DNA from: Trichodelitschia bisporula
Lineage: Eukaryota
Length of the DNA stretch: 64,000 bases
Direction: 5' to 3'
Assembly (NCBI GenBank): GCA_010356995.1
Contig: ML996700.1
Coordinates: forward strand, 558,001 to 622,000
The translations under genes and the position numbers were made by a program. Numbering within the stretch: position 1 is the stretch's first letter; each line of letters begins with the position of its first letter. Positions 1 through 12,932 of the stretch are shown here, piece by piece. The notes under the pieces were generated by a model. That model was not told where the DNA came from and searched no databases. It worked only from the letters and a program-made list of their open reading frames with translations.

Positions 1-526
1 CGTATGAGCAGCTGCGCAACTTGAAGTACCTCAAGTACTGCATGAACGAGTGTAGGTCGCCCTTCTTTCTTTCCATATACGAGCTAACCCGACCCCGCCA
101 GCCCTCCGCCTCCACCCCGTTGTCCCCTCTAACTCCCGCCTCGCCCTCGTCGACACCATCCTCCCCCTCGGCGGCGGGCCCGACTCCAAATCCCCCCTGC
201 TCATCCCCGCCGGCACGCTCGTCACCTACAGTCCCTACGCCATGCACCGGCGCACCGACCTGTTCGGGCCTGACGCCGCGGATTTCAAGCCGGAACGGTG
301 GGAGACGCTCCGGCCTGGGTGGGAGTATCTGCCGTTTAATGGGGGCCCGAGGATATGTCTGGGCCAGCAGTATGCGCTTACGGAGGCAGGATACGTGACG
401 GTTAGGTTGTTGCAGGAGTTTGAGAGGTGTGAGGATCGGGATGGGGGGGTGTGGGAGGAGAGTTTGACGTTGACGGTTTGTTCGCGGAATGGGACTAAGG
501 TTGGCTTGACGCCGGTGGAGAAGTAA
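1..526 (+). CDS. Cytochrome P450, CYP52-like (alkane/fatty-acid hydroxylase group), 3' part; intron 52-101
   Basis: Spliced translation gives ExxR (NESLRLHP), PERW and the heme motif [13 protein letters not shown]. Intron has GTAGGT donor, GCTAAC branch and CAG acceptor. Confidence 0.92.
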
Positions 527-986
527 GTGGGTAACTGGGCATGTACACTACTGTACTCTGATGAGCAGATGATGGGTTCTGGTAGACGGGTTTTGGGATG
601 GGAATCGGAGCATGGGGTTTGGACTTTGGACACTGTGGTGAGCCTGAACTGTACGGATGTAGAGTATCCCGCTCCGAAAAACAACGCGTTGGTTGGCGTT
701 TCAGACTCGCCCTCCTGCATCTGCCGTGCAACGGGCCGCCCGTTGCCCTGATTAGATGAGCCGCAAGGCGAGGTTCTGACGTTATCGATAGGGTAGGGCG
801 GGGTAGGGCGATCACAGCGATTGCTGCACGTGGAGGGCTTCCCGAAGCTCCCGAAATAAGGTCAATACTGACGATAGGGCAGAGAAGTTCATCGTCATCA
901 TGAACTTCCATCCTCATCTTCACGATGCTACTTCCACGCTCACATGTTCAACATCTCCCATCCGCATCGCACCACCAGCACACCCC

Positions 987-1207
987 TGATGTGGGTATAG
1001 AAGGAGCACTGTCATGTCAGGAAGGAGCATATGATGTAATGCTCGTATGATCGAAGGAAGGAGTAAAGGAAGATACTTGGCATCGTGAATTTAAACCTCG
1101 AGAGCCTCTTCCTCTCTTCGTCTCTTCGTCTCTTCGTCTTCCCCTTCAATCTCCAGTTTACATACTCGCAGATGTTATTGCCTGTGTCCCGAGCCTTGCT
1201 CCCATCA
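987..1207 (+). mobile_element. Solo-LTR-like element, copy A
   Basis: Begins TGATG and ends CATCA. Flanked by the 5-bp direct repeat ACCCC (982-986, 1208-1212). Similar to three other copies in the window. Confidence 0.75.
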
Positions 1208-1939
1208 ACCCCCCCTCCTCTCCCCTTTCCAGCATCATCAGCTCATCAGCCATACATTAACACAGCGCCTCCAATATCCCCAATTCTCTCGATGCCTAAG
1301 GGGAGCCTTTCTAACCGCCGCACTCCCTTCGCGCCGCACCACGCTCCACCATGCCCATCAGCCCCACCGGCCGCTACCCGCCCGGCCCCGCAGCCTCAGC
1401 ACATCGGCGCCCGCCCCGCAGGCTAACTCGCCGCCATGTGTGTCAGACCACGCCAAAAGTCGTGGCCGCTCACCTACACACCTTCGCAGACAAGGTCGGT
1501 CACGATCTTCCCAAGCGGCCATTGGACCATGAGCCCTCTCAAAAAGTAATGGCTGCCCAGCCTGCCCATCTTGCGAGCTAGAGCAGCGACGACTTTTCTT
1601 ACCCCTCATTGGGCATCCGCACCCAGCCGCCCCCAGACCGGGCCGCCTAATCGGCCCCGCATCCAGCCAATCAAACAACAGCGCTTCGCCCACATCCCGA
1701 GCGGGCGCGTGCGCGGGCGCGTAGCGCAGGCCAGTCAGGACAAGGCTGGGACCGCACACCTCCACCTTCTCGAGGGTACAAGATGCGTACACGGCCGCGT
1801 TTCACGGCCGCTAAAGGAGGGAGTTAATTTCCAGCGAACGCATCTGTGATCATCCTCTGTCTGCTCCGTGAAGCAACGTGAAGCAAGGACCCGTACGACA
1901 TTACCTCACGCGGTTAAAACCCCGCACCCGCACTCCGCC

Positions 1940-2327
1940 ATGGCTGCGAATACCGCTACCGCTACCGCGCCCGCGAAGCCCGCGCTGCATATCTTCCCGC
2001 CGATTGAAGAGGTTGCGGCACGGCGCGCGAGTTTGGACGACGCTATACGCCGGAGTATGGATATGAGGCCTGTGGGGCCGTATCCGCGGGGCGAATCCCC
2101 GGCGAAGGGGTTTGGCAAGTCGAAGACGATGAGGAGTCCGATTGAGGGGGTTAGTGTGTTTCCCAAGGTGGTTGAAGGGAGGGGACTGCCGGTGCAGAAG
2201 CAGCAAGAACGGCAACAACACCAGCAACACCAGCAACAGCATCAACAGCAACACCAGCACCAACACCAGCACCAACACCAGCACCAACACCAGCAGCAAC
2301 ACCAGCAGCAGCATCAACAGCAGCAAT

Positions 2328-2386
<59 letters not shown>

Positions 2387-4653
2387 CAACAACAACACCA
2401 AGCACAGCAACCGCAACAACACCAGCTCCACGACCCCTCCCCCCAACCCCAAATGTCCCAGCAGCAACCAACCGCTCCCCGCCCCCAGCTCCCTATCCTC
2501 ACCCGCCTCCAGGCCTCCGAACCCCCGCGCCCCCGCCCAGACACAAACCGCCAATCCCTAATGTCCAGCCTCCCCCNNNNNNNNNNNNNNNNNNNNNNNN
2601 NNNNNNNNNNNNNNNNNNNNNNNNNNNNNNNNNNNNNNNNNNNNNNCTCCCCCGCTCCCCCTCCGGCCGCGTCGTCGCCCGTCCCCGCCGCTCCTCCAGC
2701 GCCAGCAGCCGCCGCCCCCTCCAGCGCGCTAACTCCCGCACCCGCCCCGCCCAAGTCCCCGAGGACGACGACGCAGAGAGCTACTACCGCCCCGAAAGCC
2801 GCAACGACGAGCGCTCCGAGAGCCGTGCCAGCGAGCGCAGCGCGCCCAAGCCCCTCGCCTCGCACCCCCCTGGCTTGTCGCGCCAGGCGAGCACGCGCTC
2901 GCGTCGTGGGCCCGGGCTCATGCGTACGCCGTCTAGCGCGGTTGGGCATTGGTCGCCGCCGAGTCCAAGGCTGGGGGCCCGGAGCGCGACGCCGAATAGT
3001 GCGCACCCGAATGCGACGCCGAATAGCGCATACCCGCAGTCCGGGCTGGCGAGCGCGACGCCGAACAGTGCGTACCCGCATTCGGGGCTGTCGTCTGCAA
3101 CGCCGAACAGTGCGTATCCACACTCGGGGCTTTCGTCTGCAACCACGAACTCCGCTCACCCCTCATCCGGCCACCCGTCGGCCCACCCAAGCTCCGCAAC
3201 CGCGCCGCTGCGCTCCATGTTCCCCGTGTACAACCCCTCGCTGCCGCTGACGGCGCAGCCGTACCGCCCGGCCCGCGATATGGCCCCGCTAGCGCGCATC
3301 GCGCCGGAAAAGGTCAGCAAGCCGCAGTACTCGCCTGCGCTGGAGGGCTTCGCACCCGCGGCACAGGCGTACATCACTCCTGCCACCGAACTCGAGGGCC
3401 TGTGGAGTGTGTCCAACGGGACCATCGCCACGCTCGACCCGAAGGTCTTCTCCTTCGCCGTGTCCGCTCCCACCGCCGAAGGTGGTAAGATGGAATTCGG
3501 CCCCGCGAAGGGCACGCCGTTCTACAGCCTCAAGACAGCGGATCTGGAAGACGAGACCGGGACAGAGCTCCTCCTGTGCCGCCACCAGCCCAGCGGCGAC
3601 GCCATCATCCCCCTCGCCAACACGACGCTCACCCCGCCGCCGCCCCCTTCGCTTTCCCGCTCCGTGCGCCCGGGCAACGCACCCGCCGAGCCGGCGACCC
3701 ACATCGCGACCCTGACGCCCATCCTCGCGACGCTACATTCCCTCGAATCGGCGGCCAAAACACCCCAGGCGCACACCCTCGCCCTCGTCGACCCCAACGC
3801 CACGAGCCCCGCCGCCGCACGCCTCGCCGAGCGCGCCGTCGCCGAGGCCGCGGACCGCGAGGCCTGCACGCTGGCGTGGACGCGCACGTGTCCGCGCACC
3901 GGCCGCTACGAGCTGCACCACCCCGGGCTCGGCGTGTTCGGCGTGCTGGTCGAGGGGGATGTGGGGCGGGCTTTTGGTGCGCGCGGGGAGAGGCCGGCGG
4001 GCCCGGCGTGTGTTACGCTTGTGAATCCGTTTGCGCGCGTGCAGGAGAGTGGGGGGACGAGTCCTAGCTCCTTGCTTAGTGGGGGGAGTGGTGCGAGTCA
4101 GAGCACGGGGGTTGCGAAGGCGGATTTGGAGAGGGAGGGCGCGGTGCTGGCGCGGTTGGATCTTGCAGCGGGTGTACTGATGCTGGATGCGGCGAATGTG
4201 CAGGGACTGGGGAATATTTATCTGCTCGATGTGGCTGTCGCCGCGGTGGTGAGCATTGCGCTGGCCGAGGCGAAGCGTGGCGTTGATCCGGGGCTGGTGT
4301 TTGCCGCGCCGCCGATTCAGCTGGGGAAGAAGGATAAGAAGAACAAGAAGAACAAGAAGGGGAAGAACGAGGAGGGGGCGGCGGTGGAGAGCGGGGCGGA
4401 GGGCGCGGTGGTGGTGAAGAAGAAGGTTGTGCGCAAGGGGAGGCGGATTAATGCTGTGGATGCGGTGGCGCGGTTGACGATGGGGATCGAGCATCTCGCG
4501 GATGAGGAGGACTTGCCCCGGATTACGCGCGGCGTGCTGACGGTGCTGGGGTTTAGCTTCAAGACGGCGGTGTGGATGCTGGGTGTTGGCGTTAAGCTTA
4601 CGGCGGAGGTGGTGATGGGATTGACGCGTATGGCGACTAAGGATCGGGATTGA
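1940..4653 (+). CDS. Hypothetical protein with polyQ tract and Pro/Ser-rich repeats; spans N gap 2577-2646
   Basis: ATG 1940 (MAANTATA) is open to the gap. After the gap the frame of ORF 2875-4653 is open from 2647. Joining the two parts is an inference. Confidence 0.7.
2198..2426 (+). repeat. CAG/CAA/CAC microsatellite encoding polyQ/QH; pure (CAG)16(CAA)6 at 2330-2395
   Basis: Directly visible trinucleotide run. Confidence 0.95.
2986..3170 (+). repeat. 42-bp coding tandem repeat (ATPNSAYPHSGLSS)
   Basis: Full units start at 3013, 3055 and 3097, with partial copies on either side. Confidence 0.9.
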
Positions 4654-5007
4654 GGCTTATACCCTCTTGGGCGTTTTGGGGGGGATATATCCTGGTAGGG
4701 GCTGGAATAATGAAGGTCACTTCCATCTTTGATGCTTGGGAGATAATCCAATCATTGTCGTGCTGTGTGAGACGACCTTTGAGCTGTCCGGCGGGTTTCA
4801 TCCTACCCTGCGCACGTCACACCCGTGACTGACGACGAGGGACTCCGCATTCAGAGCGCGTCCGTATGTAGCGCGGGGGCCAGGGGGGCAGTATGTGCCG
4901 GGCCCATGTGAAGCATATCCATATCCATCACATCAGGCGTGATCCCGGCTCGCCTCGTGGAGGTTCTATCTCAATCACGTCAGTCCACACAAAGCCCGCC
5001 CTCTCTA

Positions 5008-5185
5008 TGATGTGGCCATGGAAGGAGCACTCTGATGTAAGCAAGGGGCATGGTATAATGCTCGTATGAAGATACTTTGGCATCGTGTATTTAAACTTGG
5101 AGAGTCCTCTTCCCCTCTCCGTTTTCTTCTTCAATCTTCAATTTACACAGATGTTTTGCCTGTGTATGAGCCGTTGCTGCCATCA
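5008..5185 (+). mobile_element. Solo-LTR-like element, copy B
   Basis: TGATG...CATCA ends. Shares GAAGGAGCAC, TAATGCTCGTATGA, TTGGCATCGTG.ATTTAAAC and CAGATGTT blocks with copy A. Confidence 0.7.
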
Positions 5186-6235
5186 GTCAACCCAAAGCCC
5201 GCCCTCTCCATGCCCACGGCTGTACGACCGGGGATTTCAAAACTAACATCATTCTCCGGCTTGTAGAGTACCGGCTCCCCGAACGACGGACGTCGGAACG
5301 ATACCGGCTCACGGGCTCCACTTTCCCATCGCCTCGGACCGGCCCGTTATCGCTTCGGGGTGGGGTAGGGCGGGCGGGGCGGGGTCCGGTGCATGCAGAC
5401 AGCATGCGGACAGCATGCGATCAACGCGGGTACCGTACTTGCGGGTTTCAATCTGTTGCTCTTGAGAGGCATTGAGTCCCTGTCGCGTAGGTGAGGTTCA
5501 CGGCCAAGATGTGGTAAAGAGGCGTGAGAGGCTCGGACCCTTGCGCCACAGGGCGCTGACAGCCGCCGTTCGATGTTGCTCGTACAGAACCATCACGACA
5601 GCCGGCACGACTTCCTCCATGATCAAGTCGCGGCAGGATAATGTAGTTGAGCGCTCGTAGCAGTCTCCTCTGCCGCCGCGGACGACGCCCGGCGTCAATA
5701 TCTCCGCCCAGCCCGCCCACGCACGCAAGCCACTCAGCACGTGGGCGCCGCGGCGTCGTAAGGCGGCGCTGTGGTTTGCTGCCGACCACAGCTCAGGAGC
5801 TGAGATCGGGGGGTGGCTCTTGGGGAGGAGCGCGCACGCGACGGGAGAGAAGGTCGTGATGGGGAGTGAGCATCGTCAACACTGTCTTCAGTCTTTTGGC
5901 CCTCACATCTTTCGTTGACTCAATTCTTACGTTCCTTAGACCTCAGTTCTGCAAGCGCCCGGCTCACCCGGCTGCACACCTGCATGACCCCGTTGCTCCC
6001 CTGCCTCTTTAGTCGAATCAGCGCTCTCACGTCCAAGCATCAGCATCTCCCCGCATCTGCGTCTTTTTCGCCCTGTGCCAACGGGGAAACCTGTTTACGC
6101 CCGTTATCGCTTACAGCGTGCTGAGTGCGTGGTGATTAAGGGCAGGAAGGCACCGTTCACCCCTCCGTTCCTATCTACTCCACCGCATTCAGGAGGATAC
6201 AGTACTGCACTCGGCGACTGTTCTGACCCCAAGGG

Positions 6236-7965
6236 ATGCCTGAATATGATGGCCCGATTACTAGCCGGTCCGCGGGCAGCGACTGCACGGATGAGGAGGG
6301 CGATGACCCCGACGGGGCATTTTTGCTGCATGAGATGACGGACGAGGAGTTCGGCGTGAAGGTAGGCTCGCGATCCAGTCTCACCACTTCGCTAACGAAG
6401 CAGGAACACGCCCGGATGGGCTCATGGTACGCTCGTTCGCCGGCCCGCATCGTCCCCCACTGACACCACAGGCTCCGCACCTCCCTCTCCCGCCTCCCCG
6501 GCCTCTCGCGCCTCGCCCCCAAGTCCTCCCACGGCTTCACCGCCGTCCCGCAAGACGACCACGAAACCAAATGGGCCGCCATCCACCACAACACCGCCCT
6601 CTCCGGGGCCTACCGCACCGGCCTCCTTGGCACGGTGTGCCAAATCACCTTCCGCACCTGGCTCAACGTGCTCCTCGTCTTCGTGCCGCTCGGTATCGCA
6701 GCCGAGAGCGCGGGTCTCACGCCGACTGTGATCTTCGCGCTCAATGCGCTGGCCATCATCCCGCTAACGGGACTGCTGGCATTTGCGACGGAGAATGTGG
6801 CGCAGAGTTTGGGAGTGGCGATGGGTGCGATGCTGAATGTTACGTTTGGGAATATGGTGGAGTTTTTGATACTCATGTATGGCCCCGCCATAACCCCTTT
6901 CCCCCCCTCTACCCTTTCCCTCCACCGGGCTCGCTGACGCTCGCGCTAGATTCATGCTCCGCGAAGGCCACATCCGCATCGTAATCGCCTCGCTGATCGG
7001 CTCGGTGTTGGTAAACCTCCTCTTTATCCTCGGCCTCGCGATCATAATCGGCGGCCTGCGCCACCGCGAACAGGCGTATAACCGCAAGATTGCGTCTATG
7101 CTCGCGTACCTCATGAGCGCGGGCGTGATGGCCCTGCTCATTCCCACCAGCCTCTACGCGTGCATTAAGAAGCGCACGGTGGCGGATAGTGTCACGCTTA
7201 AGTTCAGCCGGGGGATTGCGCTGGCGCTGCTGGTGCTTTACGTTGTGTACCTGTACTTCCAGCTCGGCAGCCATGCGCACCTGTACGAGACCCCGAAGCC
7301 AGCGGACGAGGAGGCCATACCTATGGCCGAGGCCTCGACACCCACCCTCCCCGTCCAGCCCGCATCGACCAAACTCCCCCCGCCGCTCCCCGTCCCCCTC
7401 CCTCCGCTCGACACCCCCCACGATTCAGGCTCAGAAATAAGCACGCGCTCCGCCCTCGCCCTCCTCGTCGTCTCCTCCGGCCTGGTCTCGGTATGCGCCG
7501 AATTCCTCGTCGACAGCATCGAGCACGTCGTCGCGCACAGCCACCTAACAGAGGCCTTCCTGGGCCTCATCCTCCTCCCTTTGCTCGGAAACACAGCCGA
7601 GCTGGGTACGGCCGTGACCATGGCGGTCAAGAACAAGATCGACCTCGCTATAAACCTGACGCTGGGGAGTGCTATCCAGATTACGTTTTTCATGGCCCCC
7701 ACCGTGATTACGATCGGGTGGGCGACGGGACGGGAGGTGGGGCTGGGGTTTGATATGTTTCAGACGATTGCGTTGGTTGTAACTATGTTGTTGGTTAATT
7801 TTATGATGGCGGGGGGACGGGTGAATTACCTCCTTGGGGCGCTGTTGTTGATGAGTTATGTTATTATTGGGTGAGTTGGTTCGACGATGATGGGGGAATT
7901 GGGCTAACGAGCATAGCATCGGGGCGTACTTTTTGCCGGATCAGAAGCGGAACAAGAGTTCGTAG
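6236..7965 (+). CDS. CaCA/CAX family Ca2+/H+ exchanger (VCX1-like); introns about 6362-6403, 6427-6471, 6877-6949, 7871-7916
   Basis: WLNVLLVFVPLG, LNVTFGNMVE (alpha-1), LLGNTAE and LGSAIQI (alpha-2), with many hydrophobic helices. The manual splice model stays in frame. Confidence 0.88.
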
Positions 7966-8218
7966 CGGAGGTGAGCGGACTGGGACATTGTGGGCGGAGT
8001 ATGGGTCAATTTTGGAGGTCGGATTTAGCAGACAGCGGCGTCGGAGTGAGGTTCCACTGCATAGCAAATTCCATGGCCTTGCATCCACACACTCGTTTCA
8101 GCCTTGTTGCTAGCAGCTAGCTCCGGCCTCGCCCGCACCCTAAATTACCCCATTTTAGACTCCAACCCATCCAAACAAACCGCATCTGAACAACCCCCTC
8201 TCAAATTACCCCCCCCCA

Positions 8219-10579
8219 TCACACCTCCCGATACGCCCCATAATACCCCCCCGCCACANNNNNNNNNNNNNNNNNNNNNNNNNNNNNNNNNNNNNNNNNN
8301 NNNNNNNNNNNNNNNNNNNNNNNNNNNNNNNNNNNNNNNNNNNNNNNNNNNNNNNNNNNNNNNNNNNNNNNNNNNNNNNNNNNNNNNNNNNNNNNNNNNN
8401 NNNNNNNNNNNNNNNNNNNNNNNNNNNNNNNNNNNNNNNNNNNNNNNNNNNNNNNNNNNNNNNNNNNNNNNNNNNNNNNNNNNNNNNNNNNNNNNNNNNN
8501 NNNNNNNNNNNNNNNNNNNNNNNNNNNNNNNNNNNNNNNNNNNNNNNNNNNNNNNNNNNNNNNNNNNNNNNNNNNNNNNNNNNNNNNNNNNNNNNNNNNN
8601 NNNNNNNNNNNNNNNNNNNNNNNNNNNNNNNNNNNNNNNNNNNNNNNNNNNNNNNNNNNNNNNNNNNNNNNNNNNNNNNNNNNNNNNNNNNNNNNNNNNN
8701 NNNNNNNNNNNNNNNNNNNNNNNNNNNNNNNNNNNNNNNNNNNNNNNNNNNNNNNNNNNNNNNNNNNNNNNNNNNNNNNNNNNNNNNNNNNNNNNNNNNN
8801 NNNNNNNNNNNNNNNNNNNNNNNNNNNNNNNNNNNNNNNNNNNNNNNNNNNNNNNNNNNNNNNNNNNNNNNNNNNNNNNNNNNNNNNNNNNNNNNNNNNN
8901 NNNNNNNNNNNNNNNNNNNNNNNNNNNNNNNNNNNNNNNNNNNNNNNNNNNNNNNNNNNNNNNNNNNNNNNNNNNNNNNNNNNNNNNNNNNNNNNNNNAG
9001 GGGATATAAGGAGGGGAGGGGATAAGGGGAGGGGGACGAACCGGCTGAGCTCAACTTCCGCACCGCCACCTTCTCCATCTTTAAACACTCCGGCAACGCA
9101 GCATACCAATCCCTCAACCGTAACTGAATCGGCTTCGCCCGCTCCAGCACCCACCGCCCGCCCTCCCTCGCGCGGGCACGCCACTCCTCCTCCGCGCGCA
9201 GGGTGTAAAACTCGCTCAACACCACAGCGAGTATCTCCGTCAACCGTATCATCTCAGAGAACAACACGCGCCCCTTCTCCACCTCCGCACTCCCCTCCTC
9301 ATCATCCTCGTCCGCCGCGCTCTCCGGAAAGTCAGACGCGGCCACGGGCTTGACGAGCCAGTCCGCGGGCGTAATGTGCGAAGGGCGGCCATGCACCAGC
9401 GCACCCCATTTGTCCTGCATGAACAGCGCCCACGCAAGCCGTTTCCGCAACCCCTTCTCCCACGCCGGAATCCGCCACCGGGAGCAGTCCAAATGCAGTC
9501 CCAAGTCCTGCCCTAGCCCGACCAACTTCGTCGTCAACGCCCACTCATCCCCCTCCGGCCGCTGGAGCAACAATAGCCCCGCCTGAATCGTGCTCAGTTT
9601 CGGCCTAGCAACGACATACCCCATCGTCCTAAGCGCAACCCTTTCCAAAGCGCGGACATCCGGTTTTGGGCGAGCGGCCAGGGCAGCGCTGTACGCCCAC
9701 CAGTTCAGCGCGAGGATGTACACGGCGGCCAGCAGCGGCGGCGCAAACTCCCTGTGACTGCGCGCGTATTTCTCCAAGAAAACCCTCTTGTGCAAGATCG
9801 GAAAACTGGGGTGTACGATCCGGAAATACAACCTGACGAGCGCAGGCCCATGACCCCCGACCAAGCGCTCCACGGCATCCGCATCCCCCGCCTCGTCGCC
9901 CCGCCTCAGCGTCCCGGTGTCAGGGAGAAGGACAAAAGCCGCCGCGCCACTGACCCGCCGCAGCGAAGCCGCATGCAGCGAGGCCGTCCCGTCGGGGGAC
10001 AGCGGCAACTCATCCCCCCGCGTAGAAAGCTGCCCCACCAGCGCGCCCTCAAACTCCGAACTCCCGCCCACAAACCTGCTATGTCGATGATTCTGCAACC
10101 CCAGCGTGCGCTTCAACAAACTCGGCCCCTTGAGCGTCGCATAATCCGCCGGCACCTCCCTCTCCTCAACCGGCTCCGGACTCCCCCCTACCGCCTGGGC
10201 GCCCGACGCATCCTCCGTCGACGGCAGCGGGGCAGACAGAGGCGTGGACAGTTTACGGCGCTTTTGCCGCGGAAGCGGGTTCTCGTCGAAGCTGCACACC
10301 TGCCGGTGAAACCGACACAGCACGCACGCGGGGTCGTTGTCGCTGAATTCGCAGCGCGATTTGCGCTTGCGGCATGCGTCGCAGGGGCGGCGGGGTTTGG
10401 TCTTCTGCAAGGAAGGGGGGCCCGTCGGCACGGCAGCAGTCGGGAGCGCGGAACCGGGCGCGGGGGCCGCGGGGGGAAGACCGCTGGAATCCTATAGCTA
10501 ACGTCAGAAACACTCGGGAAGGGGAAGGGAGCGGGGGAGAGGGGCAACCCACGCTGTCCTCAGTCAAGACAGAGCTCAT
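8219..10579 (-). CDS. DAL81: Zn(II)2Cys6 transcription factor, Dal81/TamA-like; part of the 3' region lies in N gap 8259-8998
   Basis: RPCDACRKRKSRC...CVLCRFHRQVCSF cluster and fungal TF middle region (YFRIVHPSFPILHK, RKRLAWALFMQDKW). Short first exon 10579-10553 and intron 10492-10552. The stop at 8219 is inferred across the gap. Confidence 0.8.
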
Positions 10580-11151
10580 GCCCACGATGCTCAGCGACAA
10601 GGCCGGACCCTCGTCGATCATATACGCGATACATCTGCTCCCAGGGACGCGGGAAACTAATATCGAGAAGAACCGATGACTAGTCGATACGAAAAGATTT
10701 GCTCTGACGTCGGCGAGAGATCTGTAGCTGCGATTTCCCCTCGGCCCTTGAGATCGGGCTCCGCGCCGACGCCGGCTGCTCCCCGTCGCGCCGCGCGCCG
10801 CGCGCGTGCTCCTGTTGGGTCTTATCTAGCGCGGAGCTGAGGAGGCGCTCGTGGCTTCGTCGTGATTGGTTGTGCGAAAAAGCAAACAACGCCCCCCGGG
10901 CTGGGCGGGCGATGATAAGGCGCGTTAATGGGGTTATGTCAGCAACGGCGAAAGCAGCACGGAGGACGGAGTCGCGGATGCCCAATTGGGAAGTATGGCA
11001 TTAAAACGCTATATTCGATTCTCAGGACCGGCCGCCGGACCTACGCTCAACAATGGCAGAAACGACTCGTCTTCGTCCTTTGGAGGCTTTCAGCCTTGGA
11101 CCCCCCCCCCCCTCCGTCCACCGCACCTATTCTACTGTAGCATTCGCGCGC

Positions 11152-12932
11152 TCAGACAATTTCCTTCTCCACCGTCACAGCCGGGTCCTTGAGATCGACC
11201 TCCTGGCCCTCCGAGCTCGGGGTCGTGATCTCGCCCTTCTGCGGCGGGTACACGGCCTCGTCGATGAGGCTGACGGTCTGCGGGAAGAAGTGGTTGATGG
11301 CGATGTAGGTCACGACCGTGGTGACGAAGCCGTAGATCCAGGCGAAAGCGTAGAGCTTCCACGCGCCGCCTACGTCCAGGTCGTTGCTGATCGACTTCGC
11401 GAACCCGGGCATCAGCGGCGCGACGCCGACGCCGAAGGCGGCCCAGGCGCGCCAGTTCACGCCGTGGTTGTACCAGTAAATGCCGCGGTCAGTGTACAGC
11501 TCGTGCAGGTTGAGCTTGCGCTTCTTGATCTGTGGCGCATTAGTGCGGCTGGAATGACGTGGAGGGGGAAACGTACGATGTAGTAGTCCGCAACGATGCA
11601 CCCAGCCATGGGGCCCATGAGGCACGAGTAGCCCGACAGGAAGGCGAGCAGACCCGCGGCGTTCTTGATGATATTCCACGGGGTAACCACGACGCAAAAG
11701 AGCGAGATGAACAACGTGCCGCGGAAGATGTTGATGTACTTGGGCGCCAGACCCGTGACATCGTTGGAGAACGGGTACGACCCAGCAGCCACCTGGTTGC
11801 CAATCGTAGCCAGCATGAAGCTCAGCGAGACGAAGAACTTGGCGGCGCGGGAGTCGAACTTGGCAATCACGGCCGGCATGTACCACTGGAAGGAGCCCCA
11901 GAGGTAGCTGTGGGCGCTGGTGACGAAGATGGGCGTCAGGGCGCCGAGCGTGCCGATGATGGGCAGCGCGAGGAACTGGTGCCCCCCGGCGAGGCGGTTC
12001 TTGCTGAAGCGCCCGAAATCAGGCATGTTGACCGCCATGGAGGAGAAGAGCCCGATGATCACGTTGAGCCCGGTCAGTGCCGAGTAGGCGGTGTTCATGT
12101 ACGTCGACGTGATCTTCATGTGGCCGGTGACGAGCGGGCCGCCGCCCTTGGTGACAATCACGGCCCAAAGGAAGAGCGCAAAAAAGGTCGGCGGCACGAC
12201 GACCGCCTTGACCCAGAACAGGATGCGCAGCTTCTCAATGGGCATGAGACACAGGATCGTCTGCAGGATCCAGTACAGCATGAAGGTGAGCAGTTCGGCC
12301 GACGTAATGCCCGCGTTGTCGGGCAGGTGGTTCGGGAAGTGGATGAAGCTAGGCCAGATGGCCTCGATCATGCGCTGGAGGAAGTTGCCTGCCTGCACGC
12401 CTGTGGACCATTAGCCTCACCCTTTACAAGATCGAAGCCAAAGCACTTACACAAAATCGCCGTCCACATCAGCGCAACGAAGGCACGGATGCAAATCGCG
12501 GGAAACGACCCGTACATGCCAAACGTACTCCGCACCACGACGGGAAAGGGGATGGCGTAGGTCGCGCCGATCTTGCCCGTCGCCGTGATGACGAAGGAGC
12601 AGATGAGGAAGCCGAAGAACACGATGGGGATGGTCTCACGCGCCGTGAAGCCCAGCGACATGACCGTCGACACGGTGCTGGCCAGCGGCGGCGCCAACAT
12701 GTCCGAGCACCAGTAGGCCCAGTAGTCGACACCGCCCCAAGTGCGCTTCTCTGGCGGGATGGGGTCGAGATCTGGTCCGTTAGCATCGCGGCCTGCTCTC
12801 CCTAGAGTCAGAGTCCATACCTGGGTTCGACCATCGCGGGTTGTCGGCATACATGCCCACCTTAAAGGGGACATGGAGATGCATCTGCGGGCCAATCTTG
12901 GCCTTGAGGCGACGAGGCGAGAGGAACGACAT
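11152..12932 (-). CDS. NCS1 family (Fur/Dal4-type) nucleobase/allantoin permease, 3 introns
   Basis: Spliced RWSNPDLDPIPPEKRTW, IPFPVVVRSTFGMYG, NMPDFGRF, PKYINIFRG, TPWN and YWYNHGVNWRA motifs typical of NCS1. Confidence 0.92.

Noticed and set aside
1901..3159. Poly-Leu, poly-Ala, poly-Cys and poly-Ser ORFs
   Set aside because: They are alternative-frame or antisense shadows of the CAG repeat.
5400..5900. Short ORFs between the LTR relic and the CAX gene
   Set aside because: No recognisable motif or convincing splice model.
8104..9184. ORFs running through the N gap
   Set aside because: Their length is an artefact of undefined bases.
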